Translations under genes and position numbers: made by a program
Origin: an uncultured Planctomycetia bacterium
Lineage (GTDB): Bacteria; Omnitrophota; Gorgyraeia; 2-02-FULL-51-18
Reading direction: 5' to 3'
DNA: 64,000 nt
Assembly: GCA_964431835.1 (NCBI GenBank)
Contig: CAYSKO010000004.1
Location: 7,519 to 71,518 of the forward strand
Shown: one piece after another, positions 61,246 to 64,000 of the stretch
Numbering within the stretch: the first letter of the stretch is position 1
How the letters are laid out: every line of letters starts with the position of its first letter
The notes under the pieces: model-generated
Database searches by the model: none
What the model was told of the DNA's origin: nothing
Seen by the model: the letters and a program-made list of their open reading frames with translations, nothing else

Positions 61246-62840
61246 GACTCCTTCGGGGCTTTCGAGGATTTGAGCTCCGCCGGCAGGATGCGTTTCACCG
61301 GCTCGCTTTTTTTCGGGGGCTTGAGGAAGTTTTCAATCTTCTGCCGGAACGGGTTCGCGCGCCGCGCCAGGTGCGGGTAAAGGGCGAAAAGGTAACGGTC
61401 GACCGGCGCGAAGGAGTCGGTCAGAACGTCGCTGGGCGCGATTTCCTTGAGCCACACGTTGAAGAGAAGCTCGTTCAGCTCCGCGTCCTTGCCGTACAGC
61501 TTCGGCTTCGCGGGGCTTTTCAGCGCCACGAGCATCACGTTCTGAATTCCCGCGGCGTCCTCGAGCCGGTCGGTCGGGTAAACCAGGACGTGCGGGAAGA
61601 CGGTCTTAAACGTCGCCACTTCGGCGCGGAGGAAACGGCCGTTCTCCCCTTCGATCGAAGAGATGAGGTTCAAGACCACGACCCCGTCGGAGGAAAGAGC
61701 CCCGTGCATCTTGCGTGCCGCCTCCACCGTAGTGAGCTGGAACGGCACCGAGCCCGATTTATACGCGTCGCCGAAGATGAGGTCGTATTCCTCCTTCGTG
61801 CGGTTCAGGTACGTGCGCGCGTCCTCGTGGATGATACGAAGGCGCGGGTCGTCGACCAGGCCGAAGTACTTGCGCGCGAGCTCGGTGATCTCGGGGTCGA
61901 TCTCGACGACGTCGATCGTGGCGGGCGCGTATTTCTTAAGATACTCCTTCGGATAAGAGTAACCCGCCCCGCCGATCATGAGCGCGTGCTTGAAGTCCGG
62001 CTTGAAATGGCGCCCCAGGTCGTAGAACTGGGTGTAGCGGTTTGCGAGCCGGTCGGTTGTCAAGTACATCGCCGAGTCGAAGCTCTCGTTGATCTGCATC
62101 ATGCGGTACGGAGAGCGGCCCTGCACGTCGTAAATCCACACGCGGTTGTAACGCGTGTTCACGTCGACGAACCCGGGGCCTTTCACGTACGCCGCGAACG
62201 AATCGGCCTGTGTGAAACCGGCGACGAGAAGCGCCGCGAGAACGAGCTTCACTCCGCGCCAGGAAAGCGGCGCCGCGAGGAAGGACGCCGCGAGGAGGAG
62301 AAAAGCCACAAAAAGGACGCACGCGACCGTGTTGAGGAACGAAAGGAGGAAAAAACCCGTGAAAAACGTGCCCGCGATGCTACCGAGCGTGGAAAGTGCC
62401 GAGAGACCGCCGACCGTCTCGCCCGAATGCTGGACCGTCGTCATTTTAAGGCGCACCGCGTACGGAAGCACCATGCCAAGGAGGACGCTCGGCACGCCGA
62501 AGAGGACGATCGTCGCCACGATCGTCCAGAGCTGCACTTGCGGTACGAAAATTTGGATCGTCACGATCGCGAATTCGTTCGTGAACGCGAGGGCTGCGGT
62601 CCACGCCGCCGCGAAAAGGATGATCCGCGAGAGAACCGCGGGTTCAGGCTTGTCGTCGGAGAGCCGTCCACCCCACCAGTAGCCGAGGCTGAGCGCGCCG
62701 AGGATGATTCCGATCAGGCTCGTCCACACGAAGATCGACGTTCCGAGATACGGCGCGAAAAGGCGGGAACCGATGAGCTCGAGGCACATCGTGGAAGCGC
62801 CGCAGATGAAGACGACGAGTTCGAGGAAGTGTTTTCTCAC
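61242..62840 (-). CDS. fused multi-TM domain / spermidine synthase-like aminopropyltransferase
   Basis: 532 aa; about 200-aa N-terminal polytopic domain followed by a SpeE-like Rossmann domain (MIGGAGYSYPKE...DVVEIDPE...DLIFGDAY). Confidence 0.7.
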   Translation of the reverse strand: MRKHFLELVVFICGASTMCLELIGSRLFAPYLGTSIFVWTSLIGIILGALSLGYWWGGRLSDDKPEPAVLSRIILFAAAWTAALAFTNEFAIVTIQIFVPQVQLWTIVATIVLFGVPSVLLGMVLPYAVRLKMTTVQHSGETVGGLSALSTLGSIAGTFFTGFFLLSFLNTVACVLFVAFLLLAASFLAAPLSWRGVKLVLAALLVAGFTQADSFAAYVKGPGFVDVNTRYNRVWIYDVQGRSPYRMMQINESFDSAMYLTTDRLANRYTQFYDLGRHFKPDFKHALMIGGAGYSYPKEYLKKYAPATIDVVEIDPEITELARKYFGLVDDPRLRIIHEDARTYLNRTKEEYDLIFGDAYKSGSVPFQLTTVEAARKMHGALSSDGVVVLNLISSIEGENGRFLRAEVATFKTVFPHVLVYPTDRLEDAAGIQNVMLVALKSPAKPKLYGKDAELNELLFNVWLKEIAPSDVLTDSFAPVDRYLFALYPHLARRANPFRQKIENFLKPPKKSEPVKRILPAELKSSKAPKES

Positions 62841-62869
62841 GTGCCTATTCTAGCAGGTATAATGCCCGC

Positions 62870-63271
62870 ATGGCCACTCCTACGGGAACGAACCGCCCCA
62901 TCGTTTACTTCGACGGCCTGTGCGGCCTTTGCGACCGTTTCGTCTCGGGGATGATCCGCCGCGATAAGAAAGCTGTTTTTCTTTTCGCTTCCTTCCAGGG
63001 AGAGACCGCCCGCGCAAAAGGCCTGCGGCCGGGTGGCGGTTCGATCGTCCTGGAAAAAGACGGACTCTTCTTCCGCCTCTCCGGCGCCTCGCTTCGCATC
63101 CTCGCGGGCGTCGGCGGGATCCATTCCCTTTGGCTCCTCTTCCTCGCCGTCCCCGCCCCGATCCGCGATTTCTTTTACGGGCTCGTCTCGAAGAACCGGT
63201 ACAAATGGTTCGGAAAACGCGAAACGTGCCGGGCGCCGAAGCCGGAGGAGCGGGAGAGATTCCTGCCTTAG
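62870..63271 (+). CDS. thiol-disulfide oxidoreductase DCC family protein (DUF393)
   Basis: 133 aa; N-terminal VYFDGLCGLCDRFV motif. Confidence 0.7.
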   Translation: MATPTGTNRPIVYFDGLCGLCDRFVSGMIRRDKKAVFLFASFQGETARAKGLRPGGGSIVLEKDGLFFRLSGASLRILAGVGGIHSLWLLFLAVPAPIRDFFYGLVSKNRYKWFGKRETCRAPKPEERERFLP

Positions 63272-63300
63272 ATTTTCTTCGAGACCGCTGAGCTCCACCG

Positions 63301-63339
63301 AAAAAAAACGCCGCCCGTTTAAAGGGCGGCGTTTCAACT
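63301..63339. terminator. bidirectional intrinsic terminator (A8, 9-bp GC stem, T-rich tail)
   Basis: aaaaaaaa-cgccgccc-gtttaaa-gggcggcg-tttcaactt; gives a U8 tail for the minus-strand tRNA-Ala transcript and a weaker tail for the plus-strand DCC gene. Confidence 0.7.
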
Positions 63340-63415
63340 TGGTGGACCTGAGCGGTCTCGAACCGCTGACCTCCTCGTTGCGAACGAGGCGCTCTACCAA
63401 CTGAGCTACAGGCCC
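63340..63415 (-). tRNA. tRNA-Ala (anticodon CGC), CCA encoded
   Basis: GGGCCTGTAGCTCAGTTGGTAGAGCGCCTCGTTCGCAACGAGGAGGTCAGCGGTTCGAGACCGCTCAGGTCCACCA; G3:U70 alanine identity pair present. Confidence 0.9.
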
Positions 63416-63449
63416 TTGAAATATCGGGGGCGCTCCGGAAAGAGCGTCT

Positions 63450-63458
63450 AATATACCA
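63450..63458 (-). promoter_or_regulatory. candidate extended -10 (TGGTATATT) for the tRNA-Ala gene
   Basis: Minus strand reads TTTGGTATATTAGACG about 30 nt upstream of the tRNA 5' end. Confidence 0.35.
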
Positions 63459-63493
63459 AACTTCGGGAAAGGTGGGAAGTTCGAAAGCGGGGC

Positions 63494-64000
63494 TTAAAGA
63501 CCGGACAGCCGGCGGATTTCTCCGGTGGAGGAAGCGGTCGGGTAGCCCTTTTCTTCCCAGGCCTGGAGACCCTCTTCCATCGCGCGGACGTTCGTGAAGC
63601 CCTGATTCTTCAGTTTAACCAGGAGCGCGGCGCTGGCTTTGCAGTCGCGGTTGCAGTAGGCGACCAGCGGGGTGTCCTTCGGTTTCCCGGCCATTGACTG
63701 CTCGAGCGCGCGGTCGGGGTTCGGGGGAGTCTGCAGGACCTTCTCTTTGGCGAGCGCGAGGTCGCTGTAAAACCACGCGGGAAGCGGAAGCTTCGCGCCT
63801 TCAATGTGGAGCTTGTCGTAGTCGGCTTTCCCGCGGGCGTCGTAGAGTTCTAGCTTGGGGTTCGCGAGCATTTCTTTACGGAGGTCGTCGGCGGTGATGA
63901 TCTCGTCAGGCGTGAGCTCCCGCCAGGACGCGCGGGTGACAGCGTCGACTTTGGGTGCGCCGGGATGAGCCGCCGTTTCGGCAGCCGGATGCTCGCCGGC
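63494..64000 (-). CDS. rhodanese-like domain protein (partial; N-terminus beyond window end)
   Basis: ORF continues with no stop to the window edge. The C-terminal 125 aa contain a rhodanese fold with active-site Cys (LVAYCNRDCKAS). Confidence 0.65.
   Translation of the reverse strand, partial: AGEHPAAETAAHPGAPKVDAVTRASWRELTPDEIITADDLRKEMLANPKLELYDARGKADYDKLHIEGAKLPLPAWFYSDLALAKEKVLQTPPNPDRALEQSMAGKPKDTPLVAYCNRDCKASAALLVKLKNQGFTNVRAMEEGLQAWEEKGYPTASSTGEIRRLSGL

Overview
A 64 kb, GC-rich (roughly 63-65%) bacterial chromosomal segment, densely packed with housekeeping and cell-envelope genes. The gene content (Lnt, LolCDE, LptE, a BamD-like TPR protein, MlaFED, SecA) points to a diderm (Gram-negative-type) organism. 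I could not assign a phylum from the sequence alone. Nearly all of the ~70 genes sit on the minus strand; the only plus-strand genes are rpsT and a DCC-family oxidoreductase. Most long plus-strand ORFs in the supplied track are antisense 'shadow' ORFs of the high-GC minus-strand genes. Main blocks, left to right in coordinates, each transcribed right to left: tmk-cysS-cysE-ispDF-yacL; mlaD/mlaF/mlaE plus a hypothetical protein; clpC-mcsB-mcsA-ilvE-lolD-lolC-lysS; lnt-secA-prfB, with a programmed +1 frameshift in prfB; a REC-histidine-kinase hybrid with two hypothetical neighbours; uvrC-murJ with divergent rpsT; holA-lptE-TPR protein; the rib operon ribBA-ribH-nusB-ribD-ribE; a complete dcw cluster (mraZ, rsmH, ftsL, ftsI, murE, murF, mraY, murD, ftsW, murG, a murC-murB fusion, ddl, ftsQ, ftsA) with no ftsZ; rnpB; rnhA; tRNA-Val, tRNA-CAT and tRNA-Ala; rpoD-dnaG-cvpA; rsmE; a membrane/spermidine-synthase fusion. 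No transposases, integrases, CRISPR arrays or obvious defence islands were seen. The most unusual sequence-level feature is a ~220 nt element between lnt and lysS made of three interleaved long inverted repeats, one a perfect 24/24 bp match. It cannot be explained as a terminator or as coding sequence. Other notable points: an unannotated 61-codon ORF with a strong RBS between mraZ and rsmH; an McsA/McsB/ClpC arginine-kinase module in a diderm context with no ctsR; a hypothetical 480-aa membrane protein co-operonic with mlaFED; a tRNA-CAT with tRNA-Ile2-like acceptor determinants; and an unannotated RNase P RNA hidden under spurious ORFs.
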